Shown: one piece after another, positions 54,375 to 64,000 of the stretch
Layout: each line of letters starts with the position of its first letter
Numbering within the stretch: position 1 is the stretch's first letter
From: Tortispora ganteri
Taxonomy: Eukaryota
Assembly (NCBI GenBank): GCA_003707115.1
Contig: PPNB01000008.1
Coordinates: forward strand, 124,001-188,000
DNA: 64,000 nt
Reading direction: 5' to 3'
Notes under the pieces: generated by a model
Seen by the model: the letters and a program-made list of their open reading frames with translations, nothing else
Databases searched by the model: none
What the model was told of the DNA's origin: nothing
Position numbers and translations under genes: made by a program

Positions 54375-55484
54375 ATGCGGTCGTACATGGACTGCCTGGT
54401 CGCGCAGTTTTATAAGGAGACAGGATGGAACGAGGATAACGAGCTGTACAACATGCCTAAAACCGAAAAGTCGCTGCTGGACTTTAAAGTGCCTCAGGGA
54501 CTTCAAATGAGCGTGTCGAGTCTTAGTACTCCCAACTTCGCGAACACTTATCAGATTGCAAACAGATCGGGCGTCAATGGTTACATATCATACTTGTATA
54601 CGAGCAAAGAGCTTCAGAATTCATTAGCAACTAACGTTGCAGAATTAAAGGTGTTTATGCCCGGATTCCACAATCTTCTTCCGCTTAAGGATCCGCGCAA
54701 AGACCTATCTGTGAATAGAGCTAGTCTGTTCTACAGCCGTATGTACCTCCCCTCTAAGACACTAGAAGCGCTATCGATATTCCGGCTATCGCGTAGAAAT
54801 CAACTGGTCGTGTCATCTGCTTCGGCGCCTAAATTGAATGGATTTGGCGCATTGACCGTTAGACTAATGCAAGATCTCGGGCGCTGGTCATTAGAGGAAG
54901 TATACTGCTCTAAAGGTGGGCTTGTCGGTTTGCGCGGTCTGTACAATTTCAACTACAATCAAATCAGCGCAGAGTTGCCGAAAACTCAATTGAGTATGGC
55001 ACGCCTATCTGCAGGTGGTGAAATATACTACGGCGTGCTGAACAAAACAGGAGGGTTGTCTGCAGCCATCAGGTACGCTACTATCTCTGCAAACACCAGC
55101 ATTCCATTACAGATGACATTAGTAACCAATCCACTATCTGGCCACATTGCGGCGTCATATGCTGTGAAGGCATCTAAATGGCTGTCATTTTGCTCGCGTA
55201 TGAACTTCAATATCTATTCGTATGAATCGAATTTAACGATCGGCACAGAAATTTGGCGATTGCAGGGTATACACGTCGACGCAAATGCGCCTGCTGTTGA
55301 CAACCCTCTAAAAGAGCCAACAAACGTGGTAAAATTGTCTGCAGATACAGCATCACCTTCGATCAATTGTGTGTGGGAAGGCCGCTATAAGGACATATTG
55401 TTCAGTACTGGCGCCTCGTGCACGATCAGCGATGGGCTTCTCAGAGTCGGATCAATAGGGGTTGAATTTGTGTATAGTCGCTAA
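54375..55484 (+). CDS. MDM10: Mitochondrial outer-membrane beta-barrel Mdm10
   Basis: M..YMD....FY..TGWNEDN, FYSRMYLP, FNIYSYESNL. Confidence 0.92.
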   Translation: MRSYMDCLVAQFYKETGWNEDNELYNMPKTEKSLLDFKVPQGLQMSVSSLSTPNFANTYQIANRSGVNGYISYLYTSKELQNSLATNVAELKVFMPGFHNLLPLKDPRKDLSVNRASLFYSRMYLPSKTLEALSIFRLSRRNQLVVSSASAPKLNGFGALTVRLMQDLGRWSLEEVYCSKGGLVGLRGLYNFNYNQISAELPKTQLSMARLSAGGEIYYGVLNKTGGLSAAIRYATISANTSIPLQMTLVTNPLSGHIAASYAVKASKWLSFCSRMNFNIYSYESNLTIGTEIWRLQGIHVDANAPAVDNPLKEPTNVVKLSADTASPSINCVWEGRYKDILFSTGASCTISDGLLRVGSIGVEFVYSR

Positions 55485-55726
55485 TATTGAGGCTGTAAAG
55501 ACTGATATCTCGCACAGAACAAGAATATAAAATTGCAAAGAGCGTGATATTGTGTTTATTTTTTTTGCCAATGACGTAATATGCAGCCCTGATCCGCCTC
55601 AAAGTTAGTGATTACCCATTTATATATATAATGCCACCAACAAATACTGATATTACTTGTGTGAGCATTATACTGCATTTTTTCTGCTATTGATTGGCTC
55701 ATATTGTAACTCTCTGGTTTATCGAA

Positions 55727-56032
55727 ATGAGCGATACCGTGCAATTAGTCTTCGATACTGCGAAAGAATACACCAAAGCCGCTCTTGGAAAGAACGACGC
55801 TAATCCTCAGACTCAACCTGAATCTAAAAATTCATTGGACAATGGCAATGACAATTCTGGTGCGAACACTCTTTCTGAAATTGCTAATAGAGTAAAACCG
55901 TCGAGGTTAGAAGAGTCTACCTCTATACACAATACCCCTGACACTCTGATACCGGATGATATCAAGGAGGAGCTACCACAGGGACCTATAAGCATGCCCG
56001 CAGACATGTACCATCCTTCAGCACCAAAGTAG
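55727..56032 (+). CDS. Small hydrophilic hypothetical protein (101 aa)
   Basis: ATG in GAAATG context, TATA-rich upstream (~55620), TA-rich 3' element (~56078); no family recognised. Confidence 0.55.
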   Translation: MSDTVQLVFDTAKEYTKAALGKNDANPQTQPESKNSLDNGNDNSGANTLSEIANRVKPSRLEESTSIHNTPDTLIPDDIKEELPQGPISMPADMYHPSAPK

Positions 56033-56306
56033 CCTTGAATAAGAAAAAATTGTTAAGCTAGCTTGATCATATACATCTATATATATGTTACATTATATTT
56101 TGACACCGTGTAGTGTATTTTGATTTAGGAACAGTACACAACCTTGAAGGAATAAGCTATTTCCAGATTGGGTTAATTTACCGTTCTACTCATCTTGGCC
56201 TGCACCACCCACCCACAGAGAGCCCTTTTTGTCAAGACCCTTATTCCTCGCTAATTTTTTAACCTCGTTTTTTGTTTCTCTTGAGATACTTGTTTTGGCA
56301 TAATAA

Positions 56307-57965
56307 ATGGATCAGGCTAGCCCAGGTCCAGATATAGACCGCTACCGCATGCCTCCTCCTTCTATTCCTGGTCGTTCTTCTTTAGTTCAAGAAACAACTT
56401 CAACGTCTTCATCTGTACAATCAAACATACCTTCAGCAGTCCCTATATCCATTCCATCGCCGCAAAAATTGCCATTAGCCACTCCATTATATCCTCGTAT
56501 GACACCGCCTGAATTTTTGGAACAGTTAGAAGATTTCCCTTCCCTAGAAGTCCGTTCATATCAGCCTTCCTCCCTCCCTGCTATTGTCGACGACCGCGTC
56601 TCTCGTCTCGATGATTTCCATGCAATGCCCCCTCCTCCGCCCTCGTTGGCTCGCTCATATTCGCGATCGCCTTCTCCAGCGAAATTAGCCCGACTCGAAC
56701 CATACGCACACTCTCCCTACCTTCTACCTACTTCACAATTCAGATCACTGTCGCCGGCACGTGCTGGCTCACCTGTCCGGCAGCATTCTCCCGTCAGAGC
56801 CTCCCAGCCGTTCGATTTCTCATCTACCGCTTTGCTGTCGACGCCAAAAACAAGCCAAAGAAAAGGCCACAGATATAAACAGTCTTCTGTCTCTATCAAT
56901 TTCTACCCGGACGCCCCCGTCCGTGCCCCGCTTCCCGTCCCGCTCTCAAGGCCTATCCCTAACTTCAAAGAATGCATTGAAAGCTGCACAAAAGGTCAGA
57001 AACTGCGATTTTTGTGGTGCCTACTCCATTCTCTTATAGCTCTTGAGTGCTTCTGGTACGGAACGGGTTCTCTCGCACTAACAACACTTTCTCACTTGCT
57101 CTTTTATGACGCTATCAGCGCCTTCTTGAGCACGCTTGTGGATATTTTCGGCAATTTCGAGGCATGGAAACTTTCAAGTATACGGCATCCTTTTGGTCTC
57201 GAACGCATAGAGGTACTGGCAGGAATAGCCATGTCTGTTATTCTTGCCTTCATCGGCACAGATGTGTTCTCGCATGCTATTCAAGGCCTCATAACCTCTG
57301 ATGACCACGGACACGGACACTCACATCACTCGCATTTGACGCCTGCAATCACCTATAAGGCCATAGATGCATCTGTGTTTGCTGCGCTAATAGCGACTGT
57401 AATGTCTGCACTCGTACTGCAAAATCATTCACGCATCGGAAGAGCCGTGCGATTCCTGCCTGTGCACAGCCATGATAAACCACACGACTCAAAACCGCCT
57501 ATCCCTGAGCGAGTTGCCAATATGCTTACGAACCCTGCTCATTTTTTAACCCTCTCATGCTGCTGTGCAGTGCTTTTGCTATCTGCACTGCCGAAATCGT
57601 GGTTCTCTGCTGCTGACAAGAGTCTGGCACTAATAATGTGCGTATGTATGTTTGTGTCGGGATCAGTATTCACGATTGCTCTCTGCAGGATCATATTACT
57701 GGCTAGTCCTGACCCAAGTAAAGTAACTTCTGCGCTTGAGCAAATTGGAAGTCTTCCAGAAGTGCAAAGCATCTCTAAGTTGCGCAGCTGGCGAGTTAAC
57801 TATCGTCTGTTTATTGTGTCTATGTCGCTCGAGGTCACTTGCGATGTAGAAGAGTACGACTTGTTACGCAAAAGAGTTCTGGAAATTGTCGAGCAAACTA
57901 TTATGAAATACAATGAAGGAGCAACATCTGAGACTACAATTGACATCACACAGATGGACAAATGA
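56307..57965 (+). CDS. ZRG17: CDF-family ER zinc transporter (Zrg17-like)
   Basis: Pro/Ser-rich N-terminus, RKGHRYKQSSVS, SSIRHPFGLERIEVL, His-rich loop. Confidence 0.85.
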   Translation: MDQASPGPDIDRYRMPPPSIPGRSSLVQETTSTSSSVQSNIPSAVPISIPSPQKLPLATPLYPRMTPPEFLEQLEDFPSLEVRSYQPSSLPAIVDDRVSRLDDFHAMPPPPPSLARSYSRSPSPAKLARLEPYAHSPYLLPTSQFRSLSPARAGSPVRQHSPVRASQPFDFSSTALLSTPKTSQRKGHRYKQSSVSINFYPDAPVRAPLPVPLSRPIPNFKECIESCTKGQKLRFLWCLLHSLIALECFWYGTGSLALTTLSHLLFYDAISAFLSTLVDIFGNFEAWKLSSIRHPFGLERIEVLAGIAMSVILAFIGTDVFSHAIQGLITSDDHGHGHSHHSHLTPAITYKAIDASVFAALIATVMSALVLQNHSRIGRAVRFLPVHSHDKPHDSKPPIPERVANMLTNPAHFLTLSCCCAVLLLSALPKSWFSAADKSLALIMCVCMFVSGSVFTIALCRIILLASPDPSKVTSALEQIGSLPEVQSISKLRSWRVNYRLFIVSMSLEVTCDVEEYDLLRKRVLEIVEQTIMKYNEGATSETTIDITQMDK

Positions 57966-58023
57966 AACATGATGATACACTATGTTTATTAATCATTCAG
58001 AGTCTTTTATTAGGCATAAATAT

Positions 58024-58986
58024 TCATCTTCGTCTATTTGCACGTTTGCTTTTACCTGGACGTTTTGAAATACCACCTTTTCTTGGTTTCTTAGAATGAT
58101 AGTCCGAGACGTCCATTGAAGAAACAGCATCGTTATTCTTTCTTCCACGTTTCTTACCGCCCATACCATATTTTTTGTCTTTAGCCATTCGCTTAGCATT
58201 CGATTTCTTCGAACTTCGATCATTACCTGCTTCCATTAATGCAATTTCAAAATCGTCAGCATTGCCTGCGCCCATTTCAACTGAATCTAAATTAGCGCCC
58301 ACACCTTTCTTTCGTAGCATCTTTATCTTTTCAAGCGTCTCTTTCTTCGCCTTCGCCTTTTCTTGCTGGCGGGCTACCTGTGTCTGTTTACCAAATTTCT
58401 TGAGATCGCGTTGGCGCCTGGCGGCTTCGGCAGCTTTCTTGCTGGCTTCAGCATCTATGAGTTTCGCGCGAACTTTGTCCATATGTTCGTCGGGCTTGAC
58501 CATTTCGGCGAAGAAATCTGAAGGTCGGCTGAAAGGGATACCTTCATCCTTAAAAATTTGTTTTGCTTCAGTGACAGCAGCAAGTCCCTGTTTATAGAAA
58601 GCAAGTTCTCGTTGCAGATCATCTTCTACATCCAGATCAGTGTGTACAGCGGCATCCGTGACAGCCATCAGCTCAACAAATGGTAAATTCAGTTCAATAG
58701 CAGCTAATGAACTCTGTAAAGCTTTGCGGTTATTCACAGTAAGTTTCTGGTACGGTATCGCATCCGCATCTGAATCCAGCTCAACTTCTTCATAATCGAT
58801 GTCCTCCTCTTCTTCTTTTTCTCCTTCTCCTTCTTCTTTGTCCTCTTCGACTTCCTTTCGCTGCTCGTCGTCGTCGAAACTCGACATAGATGATACATCA
58901 TCATCCAACGCAGCTGTATCTAATATATCATCACCTTCTCTGCTCGAAGGATTAAACAGCTGTTTTACTCGACTAACAATCCCCAT
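58024..58986 (-). CDS. EBP2: rRNA-processing protein Ebp2
   Basis: DDLQRELAFYKQ, RPSDFFAEMVKPDEHM, KRPGKSKR; ATG at 58986. Confidence 0.93.
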   Translation of the reverse strand: MGIVSRVKQLFNPSSREGDDILDTAALDDDVSSMSSFDDDEQRKEVEEDKEEGEGEKEEEEDIDYEEVELDSDADAIPYQKLTVNNRKALQSSLAAIELNLPFVELMAVTDAAVHTDLDVEDDLQRELAFYKQGLAAVTEAKQIFKDEGIPFSRPSDFFAEMVKPDEHMDKVRAKLIDAEASKKAAEAARRQRDLKKFGKQTQVARQQEKAKAKKETLEKIKMLRKKGVGANLDSVEMGAGNADDFEIALMEAGNDRSSKKSNAKRMAKDKKYGMGGKKRGRKNNDAVSSMDVSDYHSKKPRKGGISKRPGKSKRANRRR

Positions 58987-59189
58987 AGTGTAGTTTTCCT
59001 TCAGGTAAGCAGTCTTGTGTGGGTTCCAATAAATTTTAAGAGTAAACCAAATGGAAAAAAAAAAATTAAGGTTTTGTCCAATAAGAGACCATGCTTGCCC
59101 AATTACTTCCCAAACCGAAATCGCTCTTACACACAATTTTTCTTAATTGTTTTCTCTCCACATCACGTGTTGTCGCAATAACAGCTCGA

Positions 59190-60053
59190 ATGGATGAATT
59201 AGAGACGCTATGTGCGGCTGTAGAAAAAGCCAGAACCTCACTGATTGCTGATCTGCCGTACGAAGAGAATGGGATCAGTCTACTCGCGCTAAAGAACGAC
59301 ACTATGTTGGCGTACATCCACCACCTGGTTCTTCTGATTCTCAGCAAACTTGAGCTCGGAACGGGCACATCGCCTGACATTTACGATGAGCTCACAAAGG
59401 CTTGCATTTCTGATCGTGTTGTGCTGGAACGTGGTGTAGGCTCACTCGAGTCGAAACTGTCGTATCAAATTCAGCAGGTGCTGAACGCGCACAAGAACGC
59501 CGAAATGCAGGCCTCGATCTCAGCCGAGAAAAAAATTGATGAAGAAATTGACACTATTAATGAAATAGACTCAGATGAAGATGAAGCGGCATTTAGGCCT
59601 AATCTGGACGGTATGGCGAAGTCACAGGCAGAAATGGCGAAACATGAACAGTACGAAACCCAAGTGTACAAACCGCCAAAGGTATCTGCTACTTCGCTCG
59701 ATAAAAAACCACGCCGTGCTCCACGGAGCACTCTCATGGAAGAGTTCCTGAACGAAATGTCAGATCGGCCAGTAGATGCACCCTCGGTCGGTGCAGAGAT
59801 CATGGAGAGAGGTGTCATCCAGACCGCAATGGATCGCAAGAAGGAGAAGGAAAGAACTAAATACGAAGAAGAGAACTTTACGCGTTTAATGCCCGACAAG
59901 AAATCCAAAAGCAAAAGAAAATTACGTGATAACTTCTTCGGCGAAGACTGGGTGTTTACAAATTCTTCTAGTGGCGGCTCTGACCGCAATAAATCAAGAA
60001 AGGAGTCTGCTTACAAACGATCTAAACGTCGGGCCCGCGGTTATGACGATTAA
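59190..60053 (+). CDS. LCP5: SSU processome protein Lcp5/neuroguidin (Sas10/Utp3/C1D family)
   Basis: GISLLALKNDTMLAY, LESKLSYQI, YKPPKV, YEEENFTRL; ATG at 59190. Confidence 0.88.
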   Translation: MDELETLCAAVEKARTSLIADLPYEENGISLLALKNDTMLAYIHHLVLLILSKLELGTGTSPDIYDELTKACISDRVVLERGVGSLESKLSYQIQQVLNAHKNAEMQASISAEKKIDEEIDTINEIDSDEDEAAFRPNLDGMAKSQAEMAKHEQYETQVYKPPKVSATSLDKKPRRAPRSTLMEEFLNEMSDRPVDAPSVGAEIMERGVIQTAMDRKKEKERTKYEEENFTRLMPDKKSKSKRKLRDNFFGEDWVFTNSSSGGSDRNKSRKESAYKRSKRRARGYDD

Positions 60054-60226
60054 TTATGCGAGAATTAATGACTACTATGAGGAGATATACCATTTCTTAT
60101 CCATGAATTAATTATATTGAGTAAATAGGGGAAAATTTATAAGCGTAGGAAAAATAAACGCAGAAAAATAAACGCAGAAGAAAAAATGTAGAAGAATCCC
60201 ATGACCACGGATGAAGTTATTGTTTT

Positions 60227-61879
60227 TTAAATCAATTTCATATTCGCAATATTATCTGATGCGCGAAAGTTGTTGCTCATTTTGACGTGCATATGCTTCC
60301 CATGTTTGGATTTCTTCAGTCTTCGTCTTGCAACCATTACCGGTACTGAACTTTTGCTCACAAGGTAGTTCGAGAACGAGCCTAGCAGTACGCCTTTCAG
60401 AGCTGACCTTCCTCGTGATCCTACAATAACCATTGTCGGATCAAGATAATCAATAATCTCAGTAAGAACATGTTTGGGGTTCTTGCAGTGTAACACCTCG
60501 AGAACGCAATTCACTTGCAGTTTGGTACGTTTCAATAGTGAAACAGTTTGTTGTGTTATAGTCTCAATACTCGTAATTCGCTCGCTTTCCATGGCAGAAC
60601 TAACCTCGTCTCCAACGGAATCTGGTTCCTCAATCGCATACACAAGGTACAGAATGTTTCCGTCGCGAAGTACAGTGCCAATAGTCCATTCCAGTGCATA
60701 CGCAGCTTCTGGCGATAAGTCCGACGGGATAAGGTATGATCTGCGTACGTCTGATGATTCTTCAAGTGAAGGAGGTTGACCTCTTGTAACTGTTCGAATG
60801 ACTCGTTGCGATTCTGGTGTACTTTGGATTGCTGAAATAGAAATGTCCAGGTTTGCTGCATGTTTCCTGTCCACCATTTCTTCCACGTCGGAAGTGTAAG
60901 GGGCGTATTCATCTGCAGCTGTGTCTTCATCATCTGATTCAGCTTCATTAAAAGCTGAGTGCGGCCTAATTTTAAAACGGCGCTTGTAGGATCCGTAGTT
61001 ATCAATATCCCGGTACCCAGAACGCGGTTCGTCGCTAAAAAGACTCTTAACTTTGTATTTGGAGCTGGCTATTGTTTTTCGCTCTTCTTCCAAAGCACCG
61101 AGTAAGCTGCTAGGAGCATGCATTTCTGCAGGTCCTGATTCGAATATTGAGGTATTGAGCCCTTCTAAGTCTGAACTCGAAGAGTCTGACACGTCTTCGT
61201 AATCATCTTCATCCGATGAAGTCTGAATAGCTTCGTCGTCCTCGTACTCTCTTCGGGATTCGTCATTGTAGAGCCTGCTGGTAACGTCGGGGGAAGAGCC
61301 AGTAGAAGATGCTCGAACCAAGTTGCCTAAAGTTCCGCCGGCTTTGATGAGGTTCGCATCTGACAACTTGAGGAATGCGTGGCTGAAATCCATATCACCT
61401 TGAGAAGGTGATCTTGAAGGGCTGCGAAAATTACTGCTGCTTGATTTTCTGCGGGATTGTGAAGACGTGCGACAGTTGCTACCAGTGCTAGACGGCGTGA
61501 GGTTACGCGGCATTCCATGCGAAGAAGTTGAACGAGCTCTAGCGGCCCCGGGCGCCGATATTGACAGGGAGGAAATCGGAGCAGAAGCGATAGGATGGAG
61601 AGAGAAGCTTTCAAGTTGCTCGGCGACCCTGTCGACGGAGACCTTAGGAGGGTCAATGATCATTGGTTTTGGTTTATGTGGCGGGTTTTTAAGCACTTCA
61701 GCGTCGCTGATCAGAAGGCTTTTCGGTCTGACGGAGTCAACTTGTGACATAGAGCGCAATTTGCCTGAAGATGTTGATCGTTCTACTGAACGATCAGGAG
61801 CAGACTTTCGACGCTCATGTTCTTCCAGCAGTTTCACGATTTCAAGCCTTTCCTCCTCTAAAGCTGCTTCTAGTGACAT
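60227..61879 (-). CDS. Fungal universal stress protein (USP)-domain protein with long disordered N-terminus
   Basis: MSLEAALEEERLE start, DLSPEAAYALEWTIGTVLRDG, VGSRGRSALKGVLLGSFSNYLV. Confidence 0.88.
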   Translation of the reverse strand: MSLEAALEEERLEIVKLLEEHERRKSAPDRSVERSTSSGKLRSMSQVDSVRPKSLLISDAEVLKNPPHKPKPMIIDPPKVSVDRVAEQLESFSLHPIASAPISSLSISAPGAARARSTSSHGMPRNLTPSSTGSNCRTSSQSRRKSSSSNFRSPSRSPSQGDMDFSHAFLKLSDANLIKAGGTLGNLVRASSTGSSPDVTSRLYNDESRREYEDDEAIQTSSDEDDYEDVSDSSSSDLEGLNTSIFESGPAEMHAPSSLLGALEEERKTIASSKYKVKSLFSDEPRSGYRDIDNYGSYKRRFKIRPHSAFNEAESDDEDTAADEYAPYTSDVEEMVDRKHAANLDISISAIQSTPESQRVIRTVTRGQPPSLEESSDVRRSYLIPSDLSPEAAYALEWTIGTVLRDGNILYLVYAIEEPDSVGDEVSSAMESERITSIETITQQTVSLLKRTKLQVNCVLEVLHCKNPKHVLTEIIDYLDPTMVIVGSRGRSALKGVLLGSFSNYLVSKSSVPVMVARRRLKKSKHGKHMHVKMSNNFRASDNIANMKLI

Positions 61880-62433
61880 TTCCTTACAGGATCTTTTGAG
61901 GGCAATAAGTGTTGGTGCAAGGAGAATGCAAAAGCCAGATAGGATGTACGGATACAAGTCCGGAGGCTTAGTTCAGTTAGAACAACGAGAATAGCCAAAA
62001 AAAAAGAAGGGGAAATTGGAGTGAAAACAAGTAAGCAACCAAGCTATTCACTTTCAAACCAATGATTCTACAGAATTGAGCAATATAAATGAATCAAAAG
62101 TGATAAGGGCTTAGAAGGTGCACTTTTTAGCCTATGCCAAGTACTAGACGCTTGAGGTTTCTCTACGGGTAGGTCAACTAGGGAAATAAGGTTTGTAGCA
62201 CCTATCAATGACCAATAATGTGAAAGAACGTTGAGTTGTGATTAGCCCTATCTGTGAAGGAGATAAGTGTTTCCAGTAAGATCAATTATGTAGTTTTTCT
62301 TACTTTTATTATTTATGGTAATATATGGCTGTAGGACATGGCAGTTACGGAATTTGGTGGTGTAAAAACTAGGGGGGCTTGATCAATTTTTCGGTCCAGA
62401 ACTTGTCCATAATCGATCAGAGCATGTTCCATG

Positions 62434-62491
62434 AATCACTCATAAATCATTCGTAAACCATTCCTATATCATTCATAAACCATTCATAAAT
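62434..62491. repeat. Degenerate 11-bp minisatellite, about 5 copies (AAYCATTCATA)
   Basis: aatcactcata aatcattcgta aaccattccta tatcattcata aaccattcata. Confidence 0.75.
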
Positions 62492-62788
62492 AGTTTAACT
62501 TAGATGAGTTTGTAGCCGAAAGTTCCTATTGTAGGTTCTAATGGTTCGAGAACCATACCATTTGAACGCGGTAGTAGGGGCAGTTTGACGCACCATACTT
62601 TGTCGCTTAAGATGACACCTCAAATCTACAGATCATCCAACACGCATTAATGTTCTAAATATTATATACATACAGTAAATAAATTGTTTTTTCAATTTAT
62701 TAGCATATTCAGCATGATAATAATTGCACAACTAAATACATACCATTACATGCCCCACAAACTCAAACTCTACCAACACCCCCAAAAA

Positions 62789-64000
62789 ATGGCCTCGAAG
62801 GCGGAAACAGCGAGGTCGCTCGCTAAAAGACGCCTAAATTTTGGAATTGTCTCAATTTCACTTATATTTGTTTGGTTTCTCGCTATTCAAGGAATCGGCA
62901 TATACTTATTCTCAACAGGTTTCCTTCTTTCAAGAACAGAACTGCCACAAAAATCGTCTACCGATACTGGCATCCCTCCTAAATTCTCAAAAGCTATTGT
63001 CGTATTAATTGACGCTCTGCGCTACGATTTCACTGTGCCCACATCCGGTCTACAATGCCACAATCATTTAACTGCGCTCAACGAAATCGCCTCTACTAGC
63101 CCGAACAACGCCGTCCTCTTAAAGTTCCTGGCCGACCCGCCTACCACCACGCTTCAACGACTTAAAGGTCTCACCACAGGCTCGCTCCCGACTTTCATAG
63201 AAGCAGGCTCGAACTTCGACGGCACATCCATCAACTCGGACTCATGGATTCACCAACTGCGTGCCGCTAACAAAACTATAGCCTTTATGGGCGATGATAC
63301 CTGGATGGCTCTCTATCCGGACTCATTCTACCCTCCTCTCACGTTCCCCTACGAATCCTTCAATGTATGGGATCTACACACTCTGGACGAAGGTGTCATA
63401 TCGCATCTTTATCCTTTGCTGGACTCAAACTCACCCCAATATGACGTTCTCATAGCCCACTTCCTCGGTGTAGATCATGCTGGCCACCGTTACGGGCCGA
63501 ACCATCCAGAAATGGCCTCAAAACTTGACCAAATGGACTCAATTGTTCGCAAAATTGTCTCCTCCATTGACGATGAAACTCTTCTCATAGTCATGGGTGA
63601 TCATGGAATGGATCCCAAGGGCGACCATGGTGGCGACTCTCAACTCGAAATAGAGTCTGCCCTGTTTATGTATTCAAAAAAGCCTATATTCCATCCTTCA
63701 AACCATGGACTCAGCCCAGATTCTGACACTGTTTCTCAAATTGATTTGGTGCCTACTATATCATTATTGATGGGCTTGCCGATACCCTACGGCAACCTAG
63801 GCAAACCAATCCCAAATTGCTTTATCGGTACAAAAGGTAACGATCATTTACAGCTTGCTCAGGCTCTGTTTGCCTCGACAAGTCAGGTTAAAGAATACCA
63901 CGAAGCGTATGTGCAACTATCTTCTGCTTCGGCACAAGTACCCGCTTCAATGGTTCAAATGTGGGACAAGGCGTCAGCGAACTATCAGAAATGCGCCTCC
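62789..64000 (+). CDS. GPI13: GPI ethanolamine phosphate transferase 3 (partial, runs off window; absent from ORF track)
   Basis: Manual translation: GFLLSR, LIDALRYDF, ADPPTTTLQRLKGLTTGSLPTF, HFLGVDHAGHRYGP, GDHGMD. Confidence 0.93.
   Translation, partial: MASKAETARSLAKRRLNFGIVSISLIFVWFLAIQGIGIYLFSTGFLLSRTELPQKSSTDTGIPPKFSKAIVVLIDALRYDFTVPTSGLQCHNHLTALNEIASTSPNNAVLLKFLADPPTTTLQRLKGLTTGSLPTFIEAGSNFDGTSINSDSWIHQLRAANKTIAFMGDDTWMALYPDSFYPPLTFPYESFNVWDLHTLDEGVISHLYPLLDSNSPQYDVLIAHFLGVDHAGHRYGPNHPEMASKLDQMDSIVRKIVSSIDDETLLIVMGDHGMDPKGDHGGDSQLEIESALFMYSKKPIFHPSNHGLSPDSDTVSQIDLVPTISLLMGLPIPYGNLGKPIPNCFIGTKGNDHLQLAQALFASTSQVKEYHEAYVQLSSASAQVPASMVQMWDKASANYQKCAS

Noticed and set aside
60150..60180. 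Two-copy 14-bp repeat AAAAATAAACGCAG
   Set aside because: Simple terminator-region duplication; no spacers, not CRISPR-like
62534..62595. tRNA-like GGTTCGAG and nearby CCA
   Set aside because: No cloverleaf or A-box; only a short GGTTCT/AGAACC hairpin

Overview
Eukaryotic, gene-dense, almost intron-free DNA from a yeast-like ascomycete, most likely an early-branching budding yeast (inferred). It uses the standard code: CTG sits at conserved Leu positions, e.g. Cdc28 SLLKE. There are about 38 protein-coding genes, mostly housekeeping: GH63-like (partial), WHI3-like, GPN3, SAM2, PRP40, RLI1, CHD1, BUD22, reticulon, SEM1, KRE1-like, CNOT11-like, LEU1, PAP2 phosphatase, PIF1, MRPL10, HEM3, PUP1, SWS2, LAMTOR5-like, SVP26, BUD23, IDH1, SMB1, RPL11, BEM3-like RhoGAP, BAR-PH-ArfGAP, pyruvate carboxylase, KCH1-like, LEA-like, auxin-efflux-family transporter, CDC28, FMN1, ERT1/AcuK, MDM10, an orphan, ZRG17, EBP2, LCP5, a USP-domain protein and GPI13 (partial). 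No rRNA, tRNA, transposon or CRISPR was recognised. The most striking unexplained signal is the 1.4-kb RLI1-CHD1 intergenic region. It holds a ~900-nt, heavily self-complementary + strand segment with a 1.5-repeat telomere template (CCCTAACCC), a possible pseudoknot, paired 5'/3' ends, an Sm site and a downstream TACTAAC branch point. This is a candidate telomerase RNA gene. It was inferred by eye and is not confirmed.
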